From NCBI GenBank assembly GCA_963823035.1, contig CAWGKG010000018.1, positions 416,001 to 480,000 of the forward strand: a stretch of 64,000 nucleotides of DNA, given 5' to 3'. The number at the start of each line of letters is the position of its first letter. Within the stretch, counting starts at the first letter, position 1. Below the pieces are notes generated by a model that saw only the letters and a program-made list of their open reading frames with translations, was not told the DNA's origin and searched no databases. Source of the stretch: an uncultured Gemmatimonadales bacterium. GTDB taxonomy: Bacteria; Gemmatimonadota; Gemmatimonadetes; Longimicrobiales; Gaopeijiaceae. The position numbers and the translations under genes were made by a program. Of this stretch, positions 7,657-17,151 are shown piece after piece.

Positions 7657-9432
7657 CTAGGCCGAGGACCCCGCGAGTTCGAGTCGCATCTCGTGGAGTC
7701 CAGCCCTGACTTCGCGGATCCGAGGAGGCGCCGGAGCAGCCGGCGCCTCCGTCGCCTTATGGGGCCGATCGAGCTCACGCAGCACCTGCTCCGCTTCGAA
7801 GACGGTGCGGCTGATGCCGTTCGCCTCTGCGAAGGAAACACAGGACTCCGCCCAGCGCCGAGCCTCGGCGACTGACCCGAGCGCCACATGACTCTGGGCA
7901 CGCATGAGCAGGACCTCGGCCTTCGCAACCTCGGAACCGGACTCCCAGTTGCGTGCGTCGCTTGCGGCGGCCCGCCTCGCCCAGTCGGCGCGGTGTCCCC
8001 GCAGAGCTGCGACGTAGGCCAGGGCCTCGGCCGAGAAGATCCGGTAGTACTCGGTATCGGCCAGATGCTCCACGATCGACCAGGCGTCCTCGGCGGCCTG
8101 TAGCTCCTTGGCGTCGATCAGGGCACCGGCCAAGCTGGCGAGCACCTCCACCTGATCGCGGCTGTCGCTATAGGTGACGGCCGCCTTCCAACCGTGGGCG
8201 AGGGCCTCCTCGAGGTTGCCGGCCACGTGCTCCAGGGCCAGCAAGCCATGATGCACGCTGGCGATCGCGCGCCGGTCGCCCGAACGCGTCGCGTAGGTCT
8301 CGGCCAGATGCAGCGTCTCCCGCGCGGCCGGGTGGTTGCCCCGGTCACGATGGATGTTCGCGACACCGTCGAGAACCACCGCCACCTTGTGCTCGAGCGA
8401 TGCGGTTTCCGCGATGTCCCGAGCGACGCCGTACCACCGGTGGGCTTCGTCCCACCGAGCCAGACGACGCTGGGCACGTCCCGCGAACCGCGCGGCCTCG
8501 ACGGCAGCCGTGACCATCCCGCACGCGGCGAACATCTCGTACGCGAGCGCATAGAGCTCGGTCGCCCCGTGCAGATGCAGATGCCCCTCGACCGTCCCGC
8601 CGAGCTCCAGGAGCGCGGCTCCGAGCGCCTCGAGGTCCCCGTCATGGAAGGCATCCAGCACGTCGGACCAGAGGCGGGTCTCGTCGTCCGCCTCGACTCC
8701 GGCGAGCTTGGCCTCCACCTCCTCGCGGGCTCGCTGCGCCTGCTGGCGAAGCCGCTCCAGCGGCATCGCCATGTCGTCCTCGACGAGGAGGCGGGGCAAC
8801 CGCGCGACGATGAAGCGGATCGCGATCCGCTGGCCCACGCGCTCGTCGCCCTCGCGACCCTCGACGTCCTGGAGGATCGGCCACCCGGCGAACCGCGGAC
8901 GGCCCTGTCGGTTGTCGTTCCCCGTCCGCGCGAGCGCGGCATCGAGATCCCGATGGAGAACGACCGCGGAGCACTCACCCGCAACGAACATGACCAGGTC
9001 ACGCAGCTTCGAGCCCAGAGCGGGGCGAGGCGTGACCGCGTCGGCGACGAGGAACCAGCTCCGGCTCCCGTCACTGCCGAGGGCCACGGCGAGCGTCCAC
9101 GGGCTTCCGTCGGACTTGCTCCAGCCCTCGGATTCCTGCACCCCGGGGACCCCGTTCTCCCACGCCCGCCGAAGCGGCTCGATGGAGAAGGTGCGGCGCG
9201 GACGATCGTTCAGGAGATCCAGAACCGCGTGCGGGTGGACCAGGCCAGGTCCGTATTCGTCGACCCAGACGGTGGCAACCCGATCGGCATTGACCAGATA
9301 GGCCAGTCGCGCGAGGTGCTCCACGAGCTCCGCACGGCCGGGATCGGCACGATGCAAAGACGTCGCGAGCCTGAGCCTCAGGTCGCGCCGCTCCCTATAG
9401 TCGTCCAGTTTCAGGACCGTGGAGTTCGGCAT
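7657..9432 (-). CDS. Cytoplasmic GAF-like + tetratricopeptide-repeat protein (about 591 aa)
   Basis: TPR-like helices (VLDGVANIHRDRGNHPAARETL, VHHGLLALEHVAGNLEEALAHG, VLASLAGALIDAKELQAAEDAW); GAF-like N-terminus; no signal peptide. Confidence 0.8.
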   Translation of the reverse strand: MPNSTVLKLDDYRERRDLRLRLATSLHRADPGRAELVEHLARLAYLVNADRVATVWVDEYGPGLVHPHAVLDLLNDRPRRTFSIEPLRRAWENGVPGVQESEGWSKSDGSPWTLAVALGSDGSRSWFLVADAVTPRPALGSKLRDLVMFVAGECSAVVLHRDLDAALARTGNDNRQGRPRFAGWPILQDVEGREGDERVGQRIAIRFIVARLPRLLVEDDMAMPLERLRQQAQRAREEVEAKLAGVEADDETRLWSDVLDAFHDGDLEALGAALLELGGTVEGHLHLHGATELYALAYEMFAACGMVTAAVEAARFAGRAQRRLARWDEAHRWYGVARDIAETASLEHKVAVVLDGVANIHRDRGNHPAARETLHLAETYATRSGDRRAIASVHHGLLALEHVAGNLEEALAHGWKAAVTYSDSRDQVEVLASLAGALIDAKELQAAEDAWSIVEHLADTEYYRIFSAEALAYVAALRGHRADWARRAAASDARNWESGSEVAKAEVLLMRAQSHVALGSVAEARRWAESCVSFAEANGISRTVFEAEQVLRELDRPHKATEAPAAPAPPRIREVRAGLHEMRLELAGSSA

Positions 9433-9572
9433 CGGATGGGGATGGGGGTGAATACCATTCGGGAGGATATTTCCAAGGTAGTCATGCTTCCCGCTCCCGC
9501 ACAACGCTCGTGTCCAGGGGGGCCGTGAGGACCCGCGACGACGACGTCACGGTCCACCCGGAGCCGGACACG

Positions 9573-10475
9573 ATGACCGATCTGGGACTCCTGGCTTCCG
9601 TCGCCATCTGGGGAGCCAACTTCGCCGTCGTCAAAGGCGCCCTGGAAAGCCTGGATCCCCTGGCGTTCAACGCGCTTCGCTACGTCCTGGCCGCCGGCGT
9701 GCTCTGGGCCCTGGTCCGCCGGCTTCCCCACTTGCGGCTGGCGCCCGGCGATCGCCTTCCCCTCCTCGGCGTGACCCTCGTAGGCCACGTCGCCTACCAG
9801 ATGTGCTTCATCCAGGGTATCGACAGGACGTTGGCCGGCAACGCCAGCCTTCTTCTGGCCACCTCGCCCGTGTGGGCGGTCCCGCTGGCGGCAGTCCTGG
9901 ACCGGACGAGGCCCGGCCGGACCCCCGCGGTGGGGGCGCTGGTGACCGTCGCGGGGGTGTTCCTGGTCGTGTTCGGGGGTGGCGGCGCGATCGGCGTGGA
10001 GCCGCGAACGCTGGTGGGAGATGGGCTCATCCTCCTGGGTGCGCTCCTGTGGGCCACCTACACGGTGTCCACGGCGCGACTGGTCCGTGTCTACGGATCC
10101 CTGCGGATCACGGCCTGGACCCTCTGGTGCGGCACACCCGTCCTGGTCCTCGCCGGCATCCCCGAACTCGCCCGGACCTCGTGGCGCGCCGTGGGAATCG
10201 AAGTGTGGGGGGGCGTGGCGTACGCGGGTGCGCTCGCCATCGGCGTCGGCTACGTCCTGTGGAACCGCGGCATCCAGCGCCTCGGGCACGTGCGCACTGC
10301 CGTCTACCAGAATCTGGTGCCCGTCGCCGCCCTGATCGTCGCGTGGATCGCCCTCGGGGAGGTGCCCACCAGGCCGCAGCTGCTCGGCGCGGCGGTGATC
10401 CTGGGAGGCGTCTCGTTGGCTCGGCTGGGGCGACCCGGAGCGCGTCAGGCGCCCGGTCCGAGCTCCTTACGATGA
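9573..10475 (+). CDS. DMT/EamA family transporter
   Basis: IWGANFAVVK, about 10 TM segments, GDGLILLGALLWATYTV, YQNLVPV. Confidence 0.9.
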   Translation: MTDLGLLASVAIWGANFAVVKGALESLDPLAFNALRYVLAAGVLWALVRRLPHLRLAPGDRLPLLGVTLVGHVAYQMCFIQGIDRTLAGNASLLLATSPVWAVPLAAVLDRTRPGRTPAVGALVTVAGVFLVVFGGGGAIGVEPRTLVGDGLILLGALLWATYTVSTARLVRVYGSLRITAWTLWCGTPVLVLAGIPELARTSWRAVGIEVWGGVAYAGALAIGVGYVLWNRGIQRLGHVRTAVYQNLVPVAALIVAWIALGEVPTRPQLLGAAVILGGVSLARLGRPGARQAPGPSSLR

Positions 10476-11224
10476 AGCACCTCGGGAAACTCGTAGTAGA
10501 GCACGCCTTCCTTGGAGATCTCGGATCGGACGCGGAAGCCGTCGTCCATCGAGGTGAGGATCTTCTCGGCGGCGGGGAGGGAGAGGTTCATCTCCGCGGC
10601 GACCTCCGTGACCGTCAACGTGCCGTCCTTGAGCGTGGCGAGACGCAGGATCCTGCGCTGCAGCCCCTGCATGATCGCCTTTCGGCGCTCCTGGAGGCCC
10701 CGCCATCCCCAGTAGAACATGAGGGAGCCGCCGGCGCCGAAGATGCCGCCGAAGGCGATCGCCTCGGGCGTGAACTCCACGAACCCCATGACCACCATCA
10801 GGCTGGCCAGGAGCACCATGATCGTCCCGAGGACCCGTCGCTTGATCCCGCTCCCCGGCAGCGAGCCCTCGCCCGGTGCCTGGGCTTCGACGGCGAAGCG
10901 CTCCGGCTCCGGTCCCGCGAGCGCGAGCGCGCGCGAGGCGTGCTCCCAACCCAAGCCGCACCTGGGGCAGATGAGGTGCTTCCGACGCGCGAGCCAATAG
11001 ACGAGCCCGCCGAAGCCGTAGGTGAAGAGGCTGACCCCGACCAGGAGCCCGACATGCCCGGCCCGACGAAAATAGGGAATCCCCTCTCCCTGGTACCCGC
11101 AACGCGGACAGCGCCGCACCCCCGTCGGGCGCGTCAGCACCATGCCGACGGGCGTACCCGTGCCGCACGTGGGGCACTGCATGGCGCCCGGCTCGAGGGT
11201 CTCCCCACAGGTGGAGCAGCGCAT
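10445..11224 (-). CDS. Zinc-ribbon membrane protein
   Basis: Four CxxC motifs, hydrophobic segments, helical C-terminal domain. Confidence 0.75.
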   Translation of the reverse strand: MRCSTCGETLEPGAMQCPTCGTGTPVGMVLTRPTGVRRCPRCGYQGEGIPYFRRAGHVGLLVGVSLFTYGFGGLVYWLARRKHLICPRCGLGWEHASRALALAGPEPERFAVEAQAPGEGSLPGSGIKRRVLGTIMVLLASLMVVMGFVEFTPEAIAFGGIFGAGGSLMFYWGWRGLQERRKAIMQGLQRRILRLATLKDGTLTVTEVAAEMNLSLPAAEKILTSMDDGFRVRSEISKEGVLYYEFPEVLHRKELGPGA

Positions 11225-11310
11225 GGAATCCGTCGGAAACAGATGATTGCCTGGGCGGAACACTCCTCCCTACGAACACCCCCGGGAGAAGATTCAGGCC
11301 TCCGGGGGCC

Positions 11311-13500
11311 TCAGAAGATGCGCACCACGCGCAGGCGCAGGCCCGCTTCCGTCGGCGCGTTTCCCCCTGCCGCGCCCCCGAGGCGCAGCACGGTGCTGCC
11401 GGCCGACGGCGGTATCACAATGTAGTGCTTGATCGAGGACGACCATAGCGATCCGGTGCGCGTGAAGTCCCCTTCCGCGAGGAACTCAGGAGCCAGCGGA
11501 AACGGGCCGTCGGCTCCACTCAAGCGCTCCTTGAGGTCGACCGTGGGATAGGCGAAGGGGATCCCCGGGCCCGACAGGCCGTCCAGATACAGCGCCGCGC
11601 CCCACGCCGCGAAGACCTGCTTCCACGTCTGGCCCGTCACGGCGGAGACGTTTGCCGTTCCGGTGAGCGTCGTGCGCGTCAGGCGCGCCAGGACGCCGTC
11701 CTGCCCGCCGACGTCCCACAGATAGAGGGTGAACAGCCACCCGCCTCCACGCTCCGCGAGGCTTCCCTGCCCCGTCGCCACGATGACGCTCGCCGAGTCG
11801 GTGTGTGCGAGGTAGCGCTTCGCCCGATCGTCGTTCCCTTCACGGAAGTGCCTCGCGCTGAGGAAGTTACCGCGCGCGTCGTACGCGCGGGCCACGAGCT
11901 CCTCGGCCATCTGCGCGAGCCCCTCCGAGAGCCACAGCGCCTCCGTGCGATCGGCCCCGAGCTTCAGCACCCGCTCGTTGAAGTGGATCATGTGCTGGAA
12001 CTCGTGGGCCAGGACGGCCGGCACGACCTGGAGGATCTTGGCCTTTCCCCTCGCGTCCGAGTAGACCCCCTCGGGGTCGGGCACGACCGAGTAGAACACC
12101 TCGCCCCGGTTGCTGCCGCTCCGATCCAGGAGGTCGAGACCGTAGAAGAACCCGCCGACGAACCCCTCGGCGCCTCGCGGTGTGAGACCGTTGACCGTCG
12201 GGGTGAAGAGGATCACCACCCGCCCGTTGCCGTCGAGGTCCGACGGTTGGCCGTACGCCTCGGTGTCGGTGGGATGGATCACGTCGTCGAAGCCCGCGGC
12301 GAAGGCTTCGAGATCGGCATCGTCGAAGCCGCCCGCCGGTGCCATCCGGTCCACGTAGATGATCGTGTGGGCGCTCACCACGCGCGCGACGGCGGTGACC
12401 TGGTCGAAACGCCCGTCGGCGTTCAGCACGGAGAAGGTCCGTCGGTCACCCACGGCCGGAACGGCCGAAGGAGCCCCAGGCGCGCGGGTCACGGTACGGG
12501 CGTGCGGCGTGCCCGCACGCACCCATCGATCCTCCTCGCCCCGTAGCGCAACCTCCCACCGTGCGGAGAATGGAGCACCGGCGGAAGGTGCGGGGGGCGT
12601 TCGGGGAGAGGGGGTGGGCCGTCCGCTCGTGGAGACGACGGGGCCCTCTCCGAGTCCGCTCAGCACGTAGTCGTACCGGGCCGCCCCCGTCGTTCCGGAC
12701 GCCACCGCCATGACGAGGTAGCTGGCTCCGTCACCGGCGAGGCGGAGGCATTCGATGCGTTGGCTCTCGTCCACGTCGACGTACCCGCCGCGGTCGAGCC
12801 GCGTCACACGGCCCGAGTCCGCCATCAGCAGCGGGAGCGGCTCGCTGCGGAGCCCGCCGAGCTGCGTCCAAACGCCCACGATCCTCGGGGGGAGGCAGTC
12901 CGGGACCTGGACCTGGATCTGGTTGGGATCGGCCGCGAGCACGCGGCCCCTGATGCCCGAGAAGAGGACGACGTTGCTCGCCGGGTCTCCGCTGAAACCG
13001 TGCCCGGTGAGCGTGAGCGTCTCGCCGCCACGCGCCACCTCCAGCGAGAGGGAGGCGACCTGCGGATGGTCGACGACGTAGGCCTCGAAGACGGCGACGG
13101 ACTCCGGGTGGTCATGGATCGCGGCGTACACGCGCACGGTGTCGGTGCCGCTGCCCAGCGTGACGTTCACCCGTGCCCGACCGTCGGCGTCCGTGGTACC
13201 GAGGGCGTTCTCCTCGATGGAGGCGGCGCCCGCGCGCACCGTCCACTCGATGAGCACGCCTCCCTGGGGCCCGGCGGTGCCGGCGTTCCGGACCCGCACC
13301 TCCAGGGGCTGGTCGAGCGGCTGCCCCGCGATGCCGAACTGGCGGTCGCCACCGGTGATCGTGACCTCGAGCTCGGGCTCCGGCCCCGCCGGCGAATCGC
13401 CGCAGGCGGTGAGGAGGGCGGGAAGCGGGAAGGTGAGGAGGAGCAGGACGATACGGCGGCGGGAGGCCTGCGCGGGGAGCGTCGCCCGAGCCGAGCGCAC
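11311..13500 (-). CDS. Lipoprotein with Ig-like and IPT/TIG domains and an M30-like zinc metallopeptidase
   Basis: LTAC lipobox; Big-like TTDADGRARV; TIG LTLTGHGF; DLDGNGRVVILFT...LAHEFQHMIHFN...WLSEGLAQMAE; GTG start overlaps upstream stop. Confidence 0.8.
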   Translation of the reverse strand: MRSARATLPAQASRRRIVLLLLTFPLPALLTACGDSPAGPEPELEVTITGGDRQFGIAGQPLDQPLEVRVRNAGTAGPQGGVLIEWTVRAGAASIEENALGTTDADGRARVNVTLGSGTDTVRVYAAIHDHPESVAVFEAYVVDHPQVASLSLEVARGGETLTLTGHGFSGDPASNVVLFSGIRGRVLAADPNQIQVQVPDCLPPRIVGVWTQLGGLRSEPLPLLMADSGRVTRLDRGGYVDVDESQRIECLRLAGDGASYLVMAVASGTTGAARYDYVLSGLGEGPVVSTSGRPTPSPRTPPAPSAGAPFSARWEVALRGEEDRWVRAGTPHARTVTRAPGAPSAVPAVGDRRTFSVLNADGRFDQVTAVARVVSAHTIIYVDRMAPAGGFDDADLEAFAAGFDDVIHPTDTEAYGQPSDLDGNGRVVILFTPTVNGLTPRGAEGFVGGFFYGLDLLDRSGSNRGEVFYSVVPDPEGVYSDARGKAKILQVVPAVLAHEFQHMIHFNERVLKLGADRTEALWLSEGLAQMAEELVARAYDARGNFLSARHFREGNDDRAKRYLAHTDSASVIVATGQGSLAERGGGWLFTLYLWDVGGQDGVLARLTRTTLTGTANVSAVTGQTWKQVFAAWGAALYLDGLSGPGIPFAYPTVDLKERLSGADGPFPLAPEFLAEGDFTRTGSLWSSSIKHYIVIPPSAGSTVLRLGGAAGGNAPTEAGLRLRVVRIF

Positions 13501-14511
13501 TACCGTTTCCGCTCCAACGACACCAGGTCCACGATGGGCGTGCCGGTCAGGGAGGAGGCACCCGTTCGAACGCGCCCGGTCACGGAGATGAGCTCGAGGG
13601 GCACCAGACCCTGCACCTCCGGGACGCGCTCGGTCGGCACCGCCACGTACACGAACGGCCCGTCCGCGCCCCCGTATCGGGTCAGCATGAACGGCTCGCC
13701 CTCGAAGAAGTCCGTCCGCACCTTCTCCGCGTGCTCCAGGGAGATGAACTGCAGCTGCCACGCCACGAGCCGGCCGGCACTTCCCTGCGGGTCGGTCCTC
13801 AGGTCCGCAGGCGTGATCGTTCCCGGGTCGGCCCCGGCCACCACGGCTGTCGCCGGGTGGCAGCCACGTCCATCCCTCCAGGCGTACCCTGGCCCAGCTG
13901 CCCTGGCGCGCCACCACCTCCAGCTCGGCTCGGGGGATCGTCGTGCCCACGGTATCCCCTCCGGGCGCGGTGAGGATCGCGGCGCCGTTGGCGCCCGCTG
14001 TGGCGAACCCCGAGGAGGACCTGGGCGCCGCGGCCGGGGCGGAAGCGGGTTGCGCCACGGGAGGGGTGCGCCGTGTCGGCGGCGCCGCCACCGAGGGTCC
14101 CCACATCCAGGCCCGTCGCTTGACGTGGATCCAACCCGGCCGGCTCTCGACCTCCTCGAGGAGCGTGCCTTCGAGGAGGTACCCCTGCATGTCGCCCTGG
14201 GGGGCGTCCCGCAGGTTCTCGCCGTCCTCGGCCGAGACCACGAGATCGAAGCCCTCGCGATCGGTCTTCTCGAGGGAGCGCGCCCACACCCACCCCTCGA
14301 CCTCGACCTCGGTCCACGCCCCCTGTCGGGACACGATCGTGACGGGTGCGCCCGCCTCCATGCGGGCCAGGATCGCCCCATTCGCTTCCTTGCGGAGATT
14401 CTCCTGGGTGCTCACGCGCGCTCCCGTCTGCGCCGCCAACGGGGGAGCGAGCACGGTGACGAGCAGGGTCGAGACCAGGCTCGCCCTCCACCTACGGATC
14501 GGGGATTGCAT
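13500..14511 (-). CDS. Secreted SH3b-repeat protein; frameshift near 13855
   Basis: Signal peptide; three NLR...GW.xV...GW repeats; C-terminal domain continues in the 13500..14381 frame. Confidence 0.7.
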
Positions 14512-14666
14512 GGGTGCTGAAACGAACCTGGTCCGATAGAGTACCAAGGAGCGAAGATGCCCGCCCGGCGGGCCTCGAGGCGGCCCGCGCGGCCCGCCTC
14601 AATCTGCCCGGGGCGCTGAAGAGCGTCAATCGCAATTCCCTTCCGGGAGAGGAGTACCATCCCTCC

Positions 14667-15362
14667 ATGCGTGCACGTATCGCACGGGGCTGCCTGACGG
14701 CCGCCGCGACCCTGTTGCTTGTCCCGCTCCCGGGAGCGGCCCAGACCGTCCCCTCCCCCTTCCGCTACCTCGAGACGAAGCAGGAGGTCGGCCTGCTCTT
14801 CGGCGTTACCAACGCGGCCAGTGGCAGGTTCGGATTCGGACCCGGGGGGGGAGTGCGCATGGGTGCGCGCTGGGGCATCCGGCTCTCCGGTCCGCTCGGC
14901 TTCGAAGGCGTGGCCGCCGTGATCTCCGGCAAGCGGGACGTGGTGAACCCCGCCCGGCTCGAAGGCGACCGCAAGATCGGTGAGGCCGACGCCCGCCTCG
15001 GCACCGTCGACGCCCGGCTGCGCTTCACCTTCACGGGCGACCGCTCCTGGCACGCGCTCGCTCCCTTCATCGTGGCCGGGGGCGGGCTCGTCTTCGACGC
15101 GGCGGGAGCCCAGCCTCTCGACGAGGAGCTCGAGACCACGGACCGGTTCGACTTCGGATCCAGCTTCCTGGGAACGTTCGGCGGGGGCACCCACCTCTAC
15201 CTGACCGATCGGCTCGCGCTCCGGGGCGACGGGATCTTCTCGCTGTGGAAGATCAAGACGCCTCCGGGGTTCAGCGACCCCGACCGGGGGATCGCGTCCG
15301 TGCAGGCGAGCGAGTGGGTGAGCGCCCTCCACCTCACGGTCTCCGCGGTCATCCGCTTCTGA
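14667..15362 (+). CDS. Outer-membrane beta-barrel protein
   Basis: Signal peptide, alternating amphipathic strands (PFIVAGGG, LALRGDG), terminal Phe. Confidence 0.7.
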   Translation: MRARIARGCLTAAATLLLVPLPGAAQTVPSPFRYLETKQEVGLLFGVTNAASGRFGFGPGGGVRMGARWGIRLSGPLGFEGVAAVISGKRDVVNPARLEGDRKIGEADARLGTVDARLRFTFTGDRSWHALAPFIVAGGGLVFDAAGAQPLDEELETTDRFDFGSSFLGTFGGGTHLYLTDRLALRGDGIFSLWKIKTPPGFSDPDRGIASVQASEWVSALHLTVSAVIRF

Positions 15363-15430
15363 CCGGCTCGCGGCCGTGAGCGCCGGCAACCCACCGGAGT
15401 TCGAGGTCCGACGCCGCGGATTGGCTCGGC

Positions 15431-16681
15431 GTGGCCGACGCCACGCGACGGATCCTCGTGCGCGCCGATCCGCTGGAGATCGAGCGGGTCCCCCTCCTCG
15501 ACGCGCTCGGACGCGCCCTGGCCGAGGACGTGCACGCCACCGCGACGCTGCCGCCGTGGGACAACAGCGCGATGGACGGCTACGCCGTGCGAGCCGAGGA
15601 CGTGCGCGGGGCCGGACGTGAGCGCGAGGTGTCGCTCGCGGTGGTGGGCCTGATCCGCGCGGGGGAGTCGCCGAGTACGCCGGTGCGTCCGGGCCAGGCG
15701 GTCCGCATCATGACCGGCGCGCCACTGCCGCCCGGCGCGGACTCCGTGGTGCGGGTGGAGGACACGGACGCCGAGGCCGACGAGGGCACCGTGCGCGTGC
15801 GCGACGACCGGGACGCGCACCGGAACGTGCGCCCCGGCGGGGAGGACATGCGCGCGGGGCAGCGGGTGCTGGGCGAGGGCTCCACCGTCCACGCGGGCAC
15901 GGTCGGTGTCCTCGCGGCGCTCGGTCTCGACACGGTGCCGGTGCGCAGGAGGCCACGCGTGGCGATCCTGACCACCGGCGACGAGCTGCGCACCCCGGAT
16001 CGGTACGAGGAGGTCCGCGCAGGGGCGGGGGTGCCGGAGTCGAACGGCCCCATGACGGCCGCCGCCGTGGTCGCGGCCGGGGGCGTCCCGGTGCCCCTCG
16101 GGATCGCGCCCGACGATCCCGACGCGATCCGCGAAGCCGTCCGGCGGGCCGAGGGTGCCGACGCCCTGGTCACGGTGGGTGGCGCATCCATGGGGGAAGC
16201 CGACCTCGTCAAGCGCGTGCTCGACGCGGAGGGCTTCCGCCAGGAGTTCTGGCGGGTGCGGATGCGCCCGGGAAGCCCGTTCGGCTTCGGGCACCTTCCC
16301 CGAGGAGCGGGCCAGGCGGTCTTCGGCCTCCCCGGCAACCCCTCCTCGGCCTTCGTCACCTTCGAGCTCTTCGTACGCCCCTACCTCCTGCGGCTCGCCG
16401 GGCATCGGGACGTCTTCCGCACCCGGCTGGCGTGCATCGCCGACGAGCGCCTCGCGGGCGCCGAGGACCTGGCCGTCTTCCTGCGCGTGACCGTGGACTT
16501 CCGCACCACCCCGCCCAGGGCTTCGATGACGGGCCCTCAGGGATCCGGGTTGGTCGGGGGCCTGGCGTCTGCGGGGGGGCTGGCGGTGCTCCCGGAAGGC
16601 GTCGCCGCGGTCGAGGCGGGCGAGCCGGTGCAGGTGATCCTCCTCGACGGGCACACCCGGGGAACACCCGGGGCACCGTGA
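15431..16681 (+). CDS. moeA: Molybdopterin molybdotransferase (true start may be GTG 15376 with a frameshift)
   Basis: PPWDNSAMDGYAV, IMTGAPLP, TTGDEL, MRPGSP, GLPGNP. Confidence 0.95.
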   Translation: MADATRRILVRADPLEIERVPLLDALGRALAEDVHATATLPPWDNSAMDGYAVRAEDVRGAGREREVSLAVVGLIRAGESPSTPVRPGQAVRIMTGAPLPPGADSVVRVEDTDAEADEGTVRVRDDRDAHRNVRPGGEDMRAGQRVLGEGSTVHAGTVGVLAALGLDTVPVRRRPRVAILTTGDELRTPDRYEEVRAGAGVPESNGPMTAAAVVAAGGVPVPLGIAPDDPDAIREAVRRAEGADALVTVGGASMGEADLVKRVLDAEGFRQEFWRVRMRPGSPFGFGHLPRGAGQAVFGLPGNPSSAFVTFELFVRPYLLRLAGHRDVFRTRLACIADERLAGAEDLAVFLRVTVDFRTTPPRASMTGPQGSGLVGGLASAGGLAVLPEGVAAVEAGEPVQVILLDGHTRGTPGAP

Positions 16682-17151
16682 GGGGGCACGCGGGCGGTCG
16701 CCTGATCCTGCTGGCGTTGGCCAGCCTGGCCGGCGGCTGCGCGATCCCGCGCTGGCCGGTGGATGCGCCCATCACGTCGCCCTTCGGCATCCGCTTGCGG
16801 GGGATCGTTCCCGGCATCCACCGGGGCGTCGACCTCGCCGTGCCGACCGGAACCCCCGTGCGGTCCATGGCCCCCGGGAGGGTCCGCTTCGCGGGGGTGC
16901 AGCGGGGGTTCGGGAACGTCGTCTGGGTCGACCACGGTGGCGAGGTGCTCACGGTGTACGCGCACCTGTCGGAGATCCGCGTGACCGCCGGCGAAGCCGT
17001 CGCCGGCGGTCAGGTCCTCGGCCTGAGCGGGAGCAGCGGAGACGCCACCGCGCCCCACCTGCACTTCGAGATCTGGCGGTGGGGACGGGAGGTGGATCCC
17101 GTACCCCTCCTGGGAGGCTTTCCTACCCGGGCTGCTAGCCCTGGCTCTTGA
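16678..17151 (+). CDS. M23 family metallopeptidase (lipoprotein)
   Basis: LAGGC lipobox; HRGVD, YAHLS, PHLHFE. Confidence 0.9.
   Translation: MRGHAGGRLILLALASLAGGCAIPRWPVDAPITSPFGIRLRGIVPGIHRGVDLAVPTGTPVRSMAPGRVRFAGVQRGFGNVVWVDHGGEVLTVYAHLSEIRVTAGEAVAGGQVLGLSGSSGDATAPHLHFEIWRWGREVDPVPLLGGFPTRAASPGS

Noticed and set aside
7389..7928. Antisense ORF with PVPGCTL repeats (and alternative + frames with SPARATC/AARHGQR)
   Set aside because: The nucleotide variants are non-synonymous in the other + frames. The antisense frame is also invariant (shared wobble position) but lacks a signal peptide and overlaps the TPR gene. The VQPGTGN frame has an RBS-like sequence, a lipobox and a clean stop.
11311..14547. 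Single 1078-aa SH3-protease fusion
   Set aside because: The middle is out-of-frame junk; a lipoprotein signal begins at 13500 and the SH3 gene's real C-terminus is in another frame
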